64,000 bases of DNA from a virus. The position numbers and the translations under genes are program-made. The notes beneath the pieces were generated by a model. That model searched no databases and was not told where the DNA came from. It worked only from the letters and a program-made list of their open reading frames with translations. Positions 39,369-49,704 of this stretch are shown here, one piece after another. Location: the IMG/VR virus record IMGVR_UViG_3300031951_000010. The stretch is one strand, 5' to 3'. Position 1 is the stretch's first letter. Each line of letters opens with the position of its first letter.

Positions 39369-39728
39369 ATGACAGAGCAGCAACAAATCAAACTTTTTCA
39401 AGAAATAGTCAAGATGGCAGCCAGTAATCCAACTGCTCATGAATTGGGTGAGTCCGTTGCTGAGTTGTTAAAAGAGAATAACGCGCTCGAATGGTGGGAC
39501 AAAAAAACCAACCGCACCACATTCACCAAAGAAGAACAAGAGGTTATTCACGCAGTAAAAAGTGGTTGGCAGTTTTATCGAATGGATGGTAAAAACTGGT
39601 ATTGGATGAATGATGTGGAAGACCCATGGACATGCCCGCGCATGCCGAATATAAGATATGTTTCTACGCGAATGATAAACAGGCTAAAAGCCTGCGGGCA
39701 GTTTCCCAAAAACTACAAATTCGCTTAA
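39369..39728 (+). CDS. Hypothetical protein
   Basis: 119 aa. Confidence 0.6.
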   Translation: MTEQQQIKLFQEIVKMAASNPTAHELGESVAELLKENNALEWWDKKTNRTTFTKEEQEVIHAVKSGWQFYRMDGKNWYWMNDVEDPWTCPRMPNIRYVSTRMINRLKACGQFPKNYKFA

Positions 39729-39743
39729 AAATCAATTCATATC

Positions 39744-40151
39744 ATGATCCTGTATCACATTAGCCATCAATACCTCGGGGAAAATCCAACTTTTTCCCCG
39801 AAAATCCCCGATCACCCAATGCCAGGGGAAAATGAAACCATCCCTCGAATTTGCACGGCTCCAACAATCTCGGGATGTTATCTTGCAATTTTGTCAGATT
39901 TCTATCTGCTCGCCAAAGAAGGACAAGACATCCCCGAATATTTCGTCTATGCAACTGAAACTGACAAAGCTGTTTTCGCAGGGGAAAATGTCCCCGATTC
40001 CAACATAACAGGAGAACACTGGATTAAGGAGCCAACACAATTTCATCTAATAGGCAAAGCACCTAGAATCAAAATCACAATGAAAAGATATGCCCAGAAA
40101 CCATTTCTTAACCAACTCAGAAAAACCGTGGATGAAACGATCACTTTCTAA
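39744..40151 (+). CDS. Putative ADP-ribosyltransferase-fold protein
   Basis: LYHIS...F.P.IP...EN..IPRIC.APTI.GC...TGEHW pattern. Confidence 0.45.
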   Translation: MILYHISHQYLGENPTFSPKIPDHPMPGENETIPRICTAPTISGCYLAILSDFYLLAKEGQDIPEYFVYATETDKAVFAGENVPDSNITGEHWIKEPTQFHLIGKAPRIKITMKRYAQKPFLNQLRKTVDETITF

Positions 40152-40192
40152 AAAATCCCCCTTTTCATAAACTCTGATCGGATATATAAATC

Positions 40193-40495
40193 ATGCCGAA
40201 ATTCAAAGTTGATTTCATTGTTCAGAACTTTCCCGATCCCGACGAGTCCGCATACCTAGCGACAAGAGAAGCTGTTCGCAATCAGCTCAAACATACTAAG
40301 GTCAAAACTAGGCAATGGAATAGGAGCACTACAACTATTGTCTATACAGAATTTTGTGATGATGCTGTGATCGGATATGAAGACTGGAAAGAAAAGTATC
40401 TCGAAAGCCTGATCGAAGAAGTCAAAGAAAAGGGAGTCGTGATCCGAAGTGTTGAGATCACTGCCACATCTTACGAATACATTATCCAAGACTGA
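40193..40495 (+). CDS. Hypothetical protein (paralog of 40813)
   Basis: Shared KTR.W...F.DD.VIGY.D..EKYL block. Confidence 0.7.
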   Translation: MPKFKVDFIVQNFPDPDESAYLATREAVRNQLKHTKVKTRQWNRSTTTIVYTEFCDDAVIGYEDWKEKYLESLIEEVKEKGVVIRSVEITATSYEYIIQD

Positions 40496-40502
40496 AAACA
40501 CT

Positions 40503-40805
40503 ATGCCTAAAACTAACACTCAAGAACTGCTTGATCAAATCGTAGAACAGTGCTTTAATCATCTAACCCCAGGTAAAAACATTCATCTTATCTACAGAGA
40601 AGGCAACCCAGTTCCATGGGAATTAAGAATTGATGATTTTGAAAGCTGGACACATTTGAAAAAAGGTATGTCTTTTATGGGAATGATGATGAAGGTAGCG
40701 CAAATTCTAGATTGCGAAAATGGCGACCAAGAAGTATACAAGACTTATGGATGCCCCACTTGTGGCTGCGGCGACAAAGACATGTATACGCTTAAATTCT
40801 GGTGA
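40503..40805 (+). CDS. Hypothetical protein with C-terminal GCPTCGCG
   Basis: Start at MPKTN. Confidence 0.6.
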   Translation: MPKTNTQELLDQIVEQCFNHLTPGKNIHLIYREGNPVPWELRIDDFESWTHLKKGMSFMGMMMKVAQILDCENGDQEVYKTYGCPTCGCGDKDMYTLKFW

Positions 40806-40812
40806 AAACACT

Positions 40813-41121
40813 ATGCCGAAAATCAAAATTGAACTCCAAATTAAAGACTCGCAAAATCATACTAATCCGCCGCATGTCCTGATTAGAAATGTCTTTCGCG
40901 ATCATATCAAGCACGCCAAGATTCAAACAAGAAACTGGAGGGCATATGCTCGATGGGGCTACTACTGGATGATTCTGAAATTCAATGATGATACAGTGAT
41001 CGGATATGATGATTTTAACGAAAAGTATCTCCGCGAAATTTTGGATGAAATCGAACAAAATGGTGTATGTGTCCCGAAGGCGGAAGTCACTGTCAAATCC
41101 AAAGAAACGATCACTTTCTAA
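40813..41121 (+). CDS. Hypothetical protein (paralog of 40193)
   Basis: Start at MPKIK. Confidence 0.7.
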   Translation: MPKIKIELQIKDSQNHTNPPHVLIRNVFRDHIKHAKIQTRNWRAYARWGYYWMILKFNDDTVIGYDDFNEKYLREILDEIEQNGVCVPKAEVTVKSKETITF

Positions 41122-41162
41122 AAAATCCCCCTTTTCATAAACACTGATCGGATATATAAATC

Positions 41163-41828
41163 ATGAAAAACATTATTGACGTACATGGAAACAAAACCAG
41201 AGCCATTTATCATATCACCATACGCGGAACTGGTGCATGGGCTCAAATTGATGTTAGATCAACTGGCCCTAAAGCGATCCCAGAATATACGATTGCAGTG
41301 GATGAGCCAGATCAATTAGTTAGTTGTATGACCAATGCGATTAATGCCGCAGAATTTCTAGTGCAGAAGGAAAGAGAAAAGGGTACGCTGTGCGCCAACA
41401 TTTCGCCCAACAATACTTTCATTGCAATTGACAACACATACCTTCGGGGCATTGATGTGAATACTATCGTTGAAATTTTGGAAACAGACTTCATTCACGC
41501 ATGGATTGAAAAAACAAACAATAGACTGTCAGCTAACATTAAAGTCAATGTAGAAATGCCCATTTTAGAGTTGCTGGGTTGCACTACAATTGATTATCGC
41601 TTTGTGAGCAATAAACACACCTCAATCCCTAAGCGCCGAATCAACTTCCCCGAAGGATTTATGTTGCGAGAAAACTCAATCGGAGACTGCAAATACTCTC
41701 TTGAAAATCTCACAAGAACGAGCATGGACGGTTGCTATATTGCCGATCTGCAAATTCCAGATTGGATGATGCCTCTCGTTGACGCATTCATGGACGAAAA
41801 CGCAGATTGGGTTAACAATCATCCCTAA
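41163..41828 (+). CDS. Hypothetical protein (paralog of 42177)
   Basis: Shared P.NTFI.ID, ILELL, KYSL, I..W.MP..D.FM.ENA. Confidence 0.7.
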   Translation: MKNIIDVHGNKTRAIYHITIRGTGAWAQIDVRSTGPKAIPEYTIAVDEPDQLVSCMTNAINAAEFLVQKEREKGTLCANISPNNTFIAIDNTYLRGIDVNTIVEILETDFIHAWIEKTNNRLSANIKVNVEMPILELLGCTTIDYRFVSNKHTSIPKRRINFPEGFMLRENSIGDCKYSLENLTRTSMDGCYIADLQIPDWMMPLVDAFMDENADWVNNHP

Positions 41829-41868
41829 AAATCCCCCATTTCACAAACCCCAATCGGATATATAAATC

Positions 41869-42177
41869 ATGCCAAAAGTTAACCTTACTGAACACGATAC
41901 CACAATTCTTAGAGAAGCCAAAGCCTCCTTAGAACGACTTGCTGAAATGATCGGGCCAACTGGGTTTTACCCCATCAACTTGGCTAATCAAATCCAAGGT
42001 ATCTTGGACAAAGCCGAACAAACCAAGACCGCAACCCCCGAGCTGATCGAACTTGCCCGACAACAATACCAGCAAGAAGGATATGTTGAAATTGATGACA
42101 ACGCGGAAGTTTCCGAAGGCAAAGATCAAGGCGTCTATGTGCAAGCATGGGTGTGGGTAGGCAAAGGAGAAGAATAA
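41869..42177 (+). CDS. Hypothetical protein
   Basis: EIDDNA.VSEG...G.YVQAWVWV phage-type motif. Confidence 0.7.
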   Translation: MPKVNLTEHDTTILREAKASLERLAEMIGPTGFYPINLANQIQGILDKAEQTKTATPELIELARQQYQQEGYVEIDDNAEVSEGKDQGVYVQAWVWVGKGEE

Positions 42178-42833
42178 TGGAAAACCATCTCGTTTACGGT
42201 GAAAAAGGAAAGACATATAGCATCACTTTGACTTTGCCTCGTCAAGATTGGCGATACGCTGACATTCACGTTGTTAATAACGCAAACTTACATCAACTGA
42301 ATATGAACGTTGACCACATAGCAGAGCTTTCCGAAAAACTGATGTACGCCGTGAGGGCAATGAATCTTGTTGCGCAAAAAACCAGAAATGAAGCTCGTGA
42401 CGAAGTGGCGAATGAATGGCCCGAAATGACCCCATACAATACTTTTATTGATATTGATTACGATGAAGATATGACGGTCAAAATTCTGAGAGAGATTGAA
42501 TATGAAACGATCAGCACATTCGTCCCCGAATGGCAAGCAAAACATCAAGAAAAAACCATGGGATCAAGACAGATCAAGCTGGATCAAACTATTGATATTC
42601 TTGAACTTTTGGACTTTAATAACCAAGAATATGAATGGGAGAGAGATGTGCCCCCTTATAAACGATCAGTAATGATCGGACCCAAAATCTATCTTCAAGA
42701 AAATGAAAAGGGGGAATATAAGTATTCATTAGTTAAATTTGTCTGGGTAGGAGAGCGCTCAGTTAAAAATCTCCCTATTCAAAAATGGCTTATGCCGATC
42801 ATTGATAAATTCATGAATGAAAACGCAAAGTAA
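42177..42833 (+). CDS. Hypothetical protein (paralog of 41163)
   Basis: Coupled start MENHL. Confidence 0.7.
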   Translation: MENHLVYGEKGKTYSITLTLPRQDWRYADIHVVNNANLHQLNMNVDHIAELSEKLMYAVRAMNLVAQKTRNEARDEVANEWPEMTPYNTFIDIDYDEDMTVKILREIEYETISTFVPEWQAKHQEKTMGSRQIKLDQTIDILELLDFNNQEYEWERDVPPYKRSVMIGPKIYLQENEKGEYKYSLVKFVWVGERSVKNLPIQKWLMPIIDKFMNENAK

Positions 42834-42886
42834 ACAAAAAATCATAGCCATTTGAAGCAATCCCCGATCTGAATTATGATCGGGGA

Positions 42887-43004
42887 TTTTTTATGACTTT
42901 CTATCACGATCTTTTTTATGACTTTCTATCACGATCTTTTTTATGACTTTCTATCACGATCTTTTTTATGACTTTCTATCACGATCTTTTTTATGACTTT
43001 CTAT
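42887..43004. repeat. 25-nt tandem repeat, ~4.7 copies
   Basis: TTTTTTATGACTTTCTATCACGATC x4 plus an 18-nt partial copy, between a terminator and the rIIA promoter. Confidence 0.95.
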
Positions 43005-43103
43005 GATCGGGTGCCACGGCGGGCTTATTTTCTAAAAAAATCCCCTTTTTTCATCTGCTCGATATACTATATAAACTACCTTTAATCAGGAATCCACCAG
43101 ATA

Positions 43104-45203
43104 ATGATTACTAACCAAACTAACAAGCCTGTTGAATCTCTTGGGGTTCAATCTGAAGCATTTTTCAACGTCAAGCAAGAAAACCTCGCGTTTATCTTTG
43201 GTATCCTCCGCAATAACCTTTACTCTGATAAGCCCCTGGCTATTCTGCGAGAGTATTCTGCTAATGCCAAGGATGCTCATGCTGAAAATGGTTGCCCTGA
43301 GCGACCGTTTGTCGTCACGATGCCCACGGCCTTGTCTCCGAATCTTAGCATCCGAGACTTTGGCAAGGGTCTGAGCGAAGAACAAGTCTATAATATTTTT
43401 GCATCGTATGGTGCGTCAACCAAGCGCGAAACCAATGACCAGATTGGGGGCTTTGGCATTGGCTCCAAGTCGGCTTTCTGTTATGTTAATGGTTTTACGA
43501 TTGTTAGCATCTTTGAAGGCAAGAAGTCTACTTATCGTGCCTACATTGATGAAACCAATATCGGTAAAATCTCTCGAATGGGCGAGCCTACTGACACCGA
43601 TGAAGAAAGTGGCCTTGAAATCATTGTTGAAATCAAGCAAAATGATATTCACTCTTTTGTTGCGGCTGGAAAGTCTCTCTTTAAGCACTTCAATCCCAAG
43701 CCGATTATTGTTTCTTGCCGCGATTTGAGCGAGTATATTGCTAACTATCGTCAGGGTGAAGTCTTGATCGAAGGCTCTGATTGGAGCATTGTGAAGCGTC
43801 AAAACTATGGTTCTTCCGAGGCTTATTGTGTTATGGGAGATATTCGCTATCCCATTCAGATCAACAAGATCACTTCTGATCGTAAGGGCTGGGTTGATTC
43901 ACTTTATGGTAGCACAATCAACATTGTCACTCCGATTGGGTCTGTGAAGATGAGCGCAAGCCGTGAATCACTTGAGTATGACGAGGTTACAATTGACTTT
44001 CTTAACAAGTCTGTCGAACGAATCTATGCCGAAGCCTGCCAAATGGTGACGAATGAACTCAAGAATTGCAAGACTCTTTGGGAAGCGCGAATTTACCTCA
44101 AGGAAATGGACAAAATTTACGGTAGCCTTAATGTTAAGGCTGAGTGGAATGGCGAACCTATTAAACTACCGCACGTCCATCTTGGGCCGAATGGTTCTGT
44201 TGGCGCGATTGAAGGTATTAGCCTTATTCGACGAGCAGAAAAGACCCGTAACGGGGACCTAAAGTGGTGCCGATGTGCTGATATTGTGCCTTCTAAGAAT
44301 GTCATTATCTTTACGGACAATGGCACGGTGAAGCGAAACACGCTCTTTTCGCGAATTAACAAGTACGTTGCTGACAACAACTTCGGGGGAACCTGCGTGC
44401 TTGCTCAATTCACTACGGCTGAGGCCCAGAAGGAGTTTGAGACTCACGAAGAAATCATCGGCGCGAATATCATTGATGTTGAAACCCTGGCTTATGTGCC
44501 TCCGATTCGTGCGAAGCGCATTAGCACTGGTGCGCGTGATAAGCAAAAGTGTTCGGCTTTCACTTACAATGGCAAGACCTATGCCAGCGTGAAGTCTCAA
44601 GCCTGGGACCCCGTGGAAGTGGACCTTGTTAATGATGGCGGGGTTTATGTTTACATTGACAAATTCTTGCCAGTCGGTTTTAGTGGCTTTGGACACCTGA
44701 AAAAGATCATTGAAGCATTGGGAGAATTAACTAATGAAACGATCATTGTTCACGGGTTCCGCGCAATGAAGAAAACCGAAAACCTTGGAAGCAATTGGGT
44801 TAGCCTTGAGGACAAAATCAAGAGTGTTATGCAAGATTGGGCCGCTGATGAGCAAACTAGCATGATGGTTGCTTCAAACTACGTCCATGATGAAACGGAA
44901 AGAATTTTTGATTATATTCAAGCGCACCGTGACTTACTTGATGATTCAAGTGTCGCCGCTGAGTTTGTAGACTTTATCAGTGAGTTTCCGACTGTGGTTG
45001 ATGAAAATGCTCTGGATAATCTGAAATACCTGTCTAATTATTCTTGTGATTTTTACAATACGTCTGATGTGGATGAGCATCGGAGTAAGTATAATGAACT
45101 CAAGAAAAAGGTCTGGGAAACTTATCCTATGCTGATATGCATTGCCCATAAGCATGAAGATCGGCGAGCTTTAGACTACATTGCTCTGGTGGACAAAAAG
45201 TAG
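43104..45203 (+). CDS. rIIA: rIIA-like protein (GHKL/HSP90-type ATPase domain)
   Basis: LYSDK..AILREYSANAKDAH, IRDFGKGL, YGASTK..N..IGGFGIGSKS. Confidence 0.85.
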   Translation: MITNQTNKPVESLGVQSEAFFNVKQENLAFIFGILRNNLYSDKPLAILREYSANAKDAHAENGCPERPFVVTMPTALSPNLSIRDFGKGLSEEQVYNIFASYGASTKRETNDQIGGFGIGSKSAFCYVNGFTIVSIFEGKKSTYRAYIDETNIGKISRMGEPTDTDEESGLEIIVEIKQNDIHSFVAAGKSLFKHFNPKPIIVSCRDLSEYIANYRQGEVLIEGSDWSIVKRQNYGSSEAYCVMGDIRYPIQINKITSDRKGWVDSLYGSTINIVTPIGSVKMSASRESLEYDEVTIDFLNKSVERIYAEACQMVTNELKNCKTLWEARIYLKEMDKIYGSLNVKAEWNGEPIKLPHVHLGPNGSVGAIEGISLIRRAEKTRNGDLKWCRCADIVPSKNVIIFTDNGTVKRNTLFSRINKYVADNNFGGTCVLAQFTTAEAQKEFETHEEIIGANIIDVETLAYVPPIRAKRISTGARDKQKCSAFTYNGKTYASVKSQAWDPVEVDLVNDGGVYVYIDKFLPVGFSGFGHLKKIIEALGELTNETIIVHGFRAMKKTENLGSNWVSLEDKIKSVMQDWAADEQTSMMVASNYVHDETERIFDYIQAHRDLLDDSSVAAEFVDFISEFPTVVDENALDNLKYLSNYSCDFYNTSDVDEHRSKYNELKKKVWETYPMLICIAHKHEDRRALDYIALVDKK

Positions 45204-45351
45204 TCTAGCATCGGGGAGCGGGCATAATGCCTGTCTCCCCATTTTTATGACTTTCTGCGATTATGCAGCACGATTAATCTTTTTTTAAAAAAATCCCCTT
45301 TTTTCGCAGAGAAACTTGCTATAATAAAGTATCGGAGACGTAGAATAAGTA

Positions 45352-46605
45352 ATGAAGATCACCGCATGTATTTACCAAACTGGCGATAGCCTCACAATCG
45401 CTTTTGACAATGGAAGTCCGCTGACTATCCATAGTTACGATGGCAATTTTAACAAGGCCGTTGAAGCCTATCGCAATGGGGATGTTGAAGAACTTTATAG
45501 TTTGATGAACATCCTCACATCTATCGAAAAGATGAGCGAATCTATTGATGACATTAAGGTTGTCGGCAATAGCGTTTATTATCGTGATGAAGAAATCCAC
45601 AACGTTATTGTTGATCGGATTTTGGACTTCCGTAATAATGGCTTTGACATTAAGCCGCTTGCGCGAATGTTGTCCAAGCTGATGCTGAACCCCTCTCGCC
45701 GCGCCGTGGAAGAACTCTACAAGTTCCTTGCCCACAAGAACCTTCCCGTCACCGATAATGGTAATTTTCTTGCCTATAAGGGCGTGACTTCGGATTATTG
45801 GAGCATTACGAGTGGTGATGCCAAGCTGATTAAGGGGACGGTTGATGATGGAGGCCGTATCTACAATGGTGTCGGTGAAGAAATCCAAATGCACCGCAAT
45901 AAGGTGGATGACAATAAGGACAATCACTGTTCTTATGGCCTTCATGCTGGTAGCCTTGAATACGCTGATAACTTCCGTAGTTACGGCGGCTACGGCGGAA
46001 AGCTGATGATCGTGGAAATTGACCCCGCTGATGTAGTGTCGATTCCTAGCGATTGTGGTTGCCAAAAGCTCCGAACTTGCCGCTATAAGGTTGTTGGCGA
46101 GTATGACGGACCTCTGACTCAGCCTCTGTACGAATCTAATTTTTCCACCGAAAATGACGATCTTTATGATGAAGATATTTTTGACGAAGATGATTGCAAC
46201 GAAGGTGACTACGACTATACTGAGCCCGAGGATTTTGACAATGAAGATGATTTAGGTGTCGTCACCGACCAGTGTGGGAATGTTCTTAATGATGGCGATG
46301 TTTGTCTGTCTGATGACGGCAAGTTGTACGCCTGGAATGAAAATAACAAGACGTTTGTTGACCTTGACGATTCTGAAAATGAGCTTGATAGCGCGATGTG
46401 GGAGAAGATGACCTATCTCGACCCCGATGCCCGAAATGATAGTGACTTTTTGGTACTGATTGATGGCATGATCTACGAGGACTCTTTCGGCAATAAACTC
46501 AAGTGGAATGAGACGGCTGACTTGTTTGAATATGTCAATACAACGTCGTGGCCCAAGCCTACTTATCTTCAGGCAATTCGCAATAAGATTGTTCGCGTTC
46601 AGTGA
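45352..46605 (+). CDS. rIIB: rIIB-like protein
   Basis: NPSRRAVEELYKFL...FLAYK.V...R..VDDN....CS.GLH.GS..Y...DVVSIP.D...K.R.C.Y.V; directly after rIIA. Confidence 0.85.
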   Translation: MKITACIYQTGDSLTIAFDNGSPLTIHSYDGNFNKAVEAYRNGDVEELYSLMNILTSIEKMSESIDDIKVVGNSVYYRDEEIHNVIVDRILDFRNNGFDIKPLARMLSKLMLNPSRRAVEELYKFLAHKNLPVTDNGNFLAYKGVTSDYWSITSGDAKLIKGTVDDGGRIYNGVGEEIQMHRNKVDDNKDNHCSYGLHAGSLEYADNFRSYGGYGGKLMIVEIDPADVVSIPSDCGCQKLRTCRYKVVGEYDGPLTQPLYESNFSTENDDLYDEDIFDEDDCNEGDYDYTEPEDFDNEDDLGVVTDQCGNVLNDGDVCLSDDGKLYAWNENNKTFVDLDDSENELDSAMWEKMTYLDPDARNDSDFLVLIDGMIYEDSFGNKLKWNETADLFEYVNTTSWPKPTYLQAIRNKIVRVQ

Positions 46606-46682
46606 ACAATCAAATAAGAAGAAAGGCCCCTAAAAGGGGCCTTTCTTTATGACTTTCTACGATTATGCGACAGCACAGCCGA

Positions 46683-46722
46683 TCACTCTCCAAGTCACTC
46701 TCCAAGTCACTCTCCAAGTCAC
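46683..46722. repeat. 12-nt tandem repeat
   Basis: TCACTCTCCAAG x3 + TCAC, directly before a promoter motif. Confidence 0.9.
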
Positions 46723-46767
46723 CAAAAATCCCCTTTTTTCTGGCAAGCAACACAATATATAGAAGTA

Positions 46768-47067
46768 ATGAAAGTCCGAGTTTATCACAACCCCGATGAT
46801 GTTTTTGATTTCACCAGCATTGAAGATATGATCGCTGTTGCAGACGTTGAGTGTGATGATATTGAGCACGCAATGGAATTGACCATGAGTATTGATGACG
46901 ATTGGTGGAAGAACAGCGGTGTGACCAAGTTATTTGAGGATGAAATTTGTCGCAGCACGAATGCTGGCGATGCGATTGTGAACTTGGATACTAATAAGAT
47001 TCATGTTGTTGAGTTGCTTGGTTTTCGCACGATTGAATCTGACGTAATCTTTACGGGGAAGGAATAA
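46768..47067 (+). CDS. Hypothetical protein
   Basis: Fronted by the promoter motif. Confidence 0.65.
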   Translation: MKVRVYHNPDDVFDFTSIEDMIAVADVECDDIEHAMELTMSIDDDWWKNSGVTKLFEDEICRSTNAGDAIVNLDTNKIHVVELLGFRTIESDVIFTGKE

Positions 47068-47069
47068 CA

Positions 47070-47285
47070 ATGCACGGTATTTTGTTGCTTGGTTTTTTAA
47101 TGATCGGCTTTGTGGTCATGGCTTGCGGCGTGACTGGTTGGATGATGGCTGGCGTGTTAAGTGACACTATTTTCAATGAGAAGTCCGAGATTGATTTTCA
47201 TAAGCGAATGGCTTTGATCGGTTTTATGATTATGGTGCTTACTGTTCTTATTGACTGGGCAATTGGAGGGTTCCCATGGGCGTGA
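47070..47285 (+). CDS. Small membrane protein
   Basis: Two hydrophobic segments. Confidence 0.6.
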   Translation: MHGILLLGFLMIGFVVMACGVTGWMMAGVLSDTIFNEKSEIDFHKRMALIGFMIMVLTVLIDWAIGGFPWA

Positions 47286-47608
47286 CACTTGAGTGTCGGT
47301 ATTTGACCGAAGAGCGGAAGGGAGGATATGTAAATTTCATAAACGACAATTGTTTTATTTTTGCCAAGTTGCCAATTAATGATACTGGGATTGACGCGAT
47401 TGGTAAAATGATTGTCCTTGAGGGTGATATCAGTAAGGTTGAAGAAGATCAACTTTTTGATTGGATCACAGGTGATATGGGAAGCCGAAAATATCACGAA
47501 GTGAAGTTTGTTGGGTCTTTTCAGCCAATTATCGAAGTAAAATACGAACCTTTGGAATTAGATCGGGTAAAAGAATATTTAAGTCTTTTGGAGAAAATCA
47601 ATGGATAA
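47276..47608 (+). CDS. Hypothetical protein (paralog of 47684)
   Basis: M.VTLEC...FVF.K.P...GKMI..EVK block. Confidence 0.65.
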   Translation: MGVTLECRYLTEERKGGYVNFINDNCFIFAKLPINDTGIDAIGKMIVLEGDISKVEEDQLFDWITGDMGSRKYHEVKFVGSFQPIIEVKYEPLELDRVKEYLSLLEKING

Positions 47609-47683
47609 TCTTGAAGCCATGACAGATTCACAAACGAATATTTGTGATCGGAATTCTTGTTTTCTAACTGGCAGGAGTTTAAC

Positions 47684-48058
47684 ATGAGTGTAACGCTTGA
47701 GTGCAGTTTTCTGGATTTTGGTTATCGTCACCCACTGCGATTCGGTGTGTTGATGCTTGGCGGATATGCAAAATACATCGAGGGCAATTATTTTGTTTTT
47801 GTCAAGGTTCCTCCGCACATTGGATGTGAATTTGTCGGGAAAATGATTAGTGAGTCGCATTTTCCTGATGATATAAGTAGCATGCGTGATGATGCTTTTC
47901 TTCGGTTGTTTAAGAACGATGCAGTTAAAGGTGAGTTTCGCGAAGTAAAGGTTACATCATCATCATGGCGTCATCAAACTATCGAAGTTGACGATGAGCC
48001 AATGCATCCCGATAAGCTAAAAAAATTCATAAAATTATTAAAGGAAAGAAATGGATAA
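47684..48058 (+). CDS. Hypothetical protein (paralog of 47276)
   Basis: GGAG SD; MSVTLEC. Confidence 0.65.
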   Translation: MSVTLECSFLDFGYRHPLRFGVLMLGGYAKYIEGNYFVFVKVPPHIGCEFVGKMISESHFPDDISSMRDDAFLRLFKNDAVKGEFREVKVTSSSWRHQTIEVDDEPMHPDKLKKFIKLLKERNG

Positions 48059-48431
48059 GTACGAACATCTTGAAACCATGACCGCGGAAGAATTGCGCTT
48101 CAGAATCCACTATTTGGAATCTGAGGTTGAAATGTTCCGTAGGCTTGGAAGAGACTTGCTTGAGCAGCGATTAAACTATCGTAGCTTAGTCAAGCATGCT
48201 ATAGAAACGGGCGAATTAGATGAACTGGAGCGGGCCTTGTATGAAACTCAGAGAGATGTTTCTGCTGACCCGCATGCTCATAAAGTGCTGCCAAATTCTC
48301 AATCGACTGTTTACACAGACGAAAAAGTCACAGTTCAATGGGACCCCGCTTGTTTCAATTACATCAAAGTGTATTTGCCCAGTGAGTTTTCAAAAAAGAA
48401 AGTTCATGTTCGTGTTCGCGCTGTAGAATAA
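48051..48431 (+). CDS. Hypothetical protein
   Basis: 126 aa. Confidence 0.6.
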   Translation: MDKYEHLETMTAEELRFRIHYLESEVEMFRRLGRDLLEQRLNYRSLVKHAIETGELDELERALYETQRDVSADPHAHKVLPNSQSTVYTDEKVTVQWDPACFNYIKVYLPSEFSKKKVHVRVRAVE

Positions 48432-48467
48432 TCCCCTATTTTTTCACTCTGAGTTGATATAAAAGAC

Positions 48468-48800
48468 ATGGAAGAACTTTTGTTTAAGCATTATGACTCT
48501 TTGCTCGGGGAAGAAAAGGCAAAGGAAGCTCGTGCTATGGGCAATACTGAAGAAGCTCGGGGCTGGCTGGCTTCCGCGATTATTCTTAATGTTGAGGCCA
48601 CGGACATTCACGAAAGTGAGCATGGGGACCCGAAGCGTCCCGAAAAGCTATTAAGTGCAGCCAAGTTACTGTATGATATAAAAGAATGGCGTCATGCAGA
48701 GCGACTTGCTGCTGAAGGCATTTCTTTGAATGCAGATAGGGACACGTTGGTATCGCTTCGCTCGTTGATGTTGGCGTGCCAAATTATGCTAGGGGATTAA
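48468..48800 (+). CDS. Hypothetical helical protein
   Basis: Fronted by the promoter motif. Confidence 0.65.
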   Translation: MEELLFKHYDSLLGEEKAKEARAMGNTEEARGWLASAIILNVEATDIHESEHGDPKRPEKLLSAAKLLYDIKEWRHAERLAAEGISLNADRDTLVSLRSLMLACQIMLGD

Positions 48801-48804
48801 TCCA

Positions 48805-49146
48805 GTGGAAAAACAAAGAATAAAGCACGATCTTGTTCAGATGGAGTGGGGCAATTATTATGGCAGAGAAGTCATCAAGAATGCTTTGAAAATTGTCAAT
48901 GACCCCGATCAGGCTGCGAGGAAAGAGGCCTCATGTTGTGTTCGTTGTTATTATGTTACTCAAGTCGGCGGTGCAGCTATGACAACTTGGTATTGTGGCA
49001 TTTGTGGAGCGAAGGACATGCATGGTAGCACCAATACACCTTGTTTGTGCAAGGCGTGTGCGAAAGATAATGGATTGTGTTTTCGCTGCGGAGCGGACAT
49101 GGAATTAAAGAATCGGAGAAAACAAAAATGGACGATAACGGACTGA
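48805..49146 (+). CDS. Cys-rich Zn-binding protein
   Basis: Four CxxC pairs. Confidence 0.65.
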   Translation: MEKQRIKHDLVQMEWGNYYGREVIKNALKIVNDPDQAARKEASCCVRCYYVTQVGGAAMTTWYCGICGAKDMHGSTNTPCLCKACAKDNGLCFRCGADMELKNRRKQKWTITD

Positions 49147-49440
49147 CATTAAAGTTTTTTACAGTCGGGCGGTTTTCCAAAGCTGCTTGGAATGAAATGG
49201 CAACTAAGTTTTTTGACCCTGGGGTTCAAACTACTATCCCGTCTTACACTCGCGCTGAGGCTTTGCGAACGAAAAAAAGAATGGCTAACAAGAAGATCAA
49301 CATCATCAATGGTGATGGTGAAGTAGTTGAGTCTGTCAACTTATACGATCACGTTGTCGTCAGGAATGCCAAGGGTAAGATCGTAGGCTAAGCCACTAAA
49401 AAATCCCCTATAAAATCGTGGGGATTTTCCTATATAAATT

Positions 49441-49704
49441 ATGATTGTTCATCAGAGTTCTTATCGGGGGTGGGACATCGAGATTCGTGAAGTTGATGGT
49501 GGGTTTACTGCTGTTTTCTCGAACGAGTTTGTTGAGAGTTCTTTCCCCGAAGGTGTTCAAAGTGTCAGTATTGAAGACTGCGTTCGGAAGGCACAGCGTT
49601 GCATTGATGTGAACGACTATCACGAGCCTCAGTATCGTTCTGCTTCTTATCGCGACGTTGAGCCTCCTGATATTGATGATTGGTTGATAGGTAAAGAAAA
49701 ATGA
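49441..49704 (+). CDS. Hypothetical protein
   Basis: Fronted by the promoter motif. Confidence 0.6.
   Translation: MIVHQSSYRGWDIEIREVDGGFTAVFSNEFVESSFPEGVQSVSIEDCVRKAQRCIDVNDYHEPQYRSASYRDVEPPDIDDWLIGKEK

Noticed and set aside
42887-43004. 25-nt repeat as a CRISPR array
   Set aside because: Head-to-tail identical units with no spacers.
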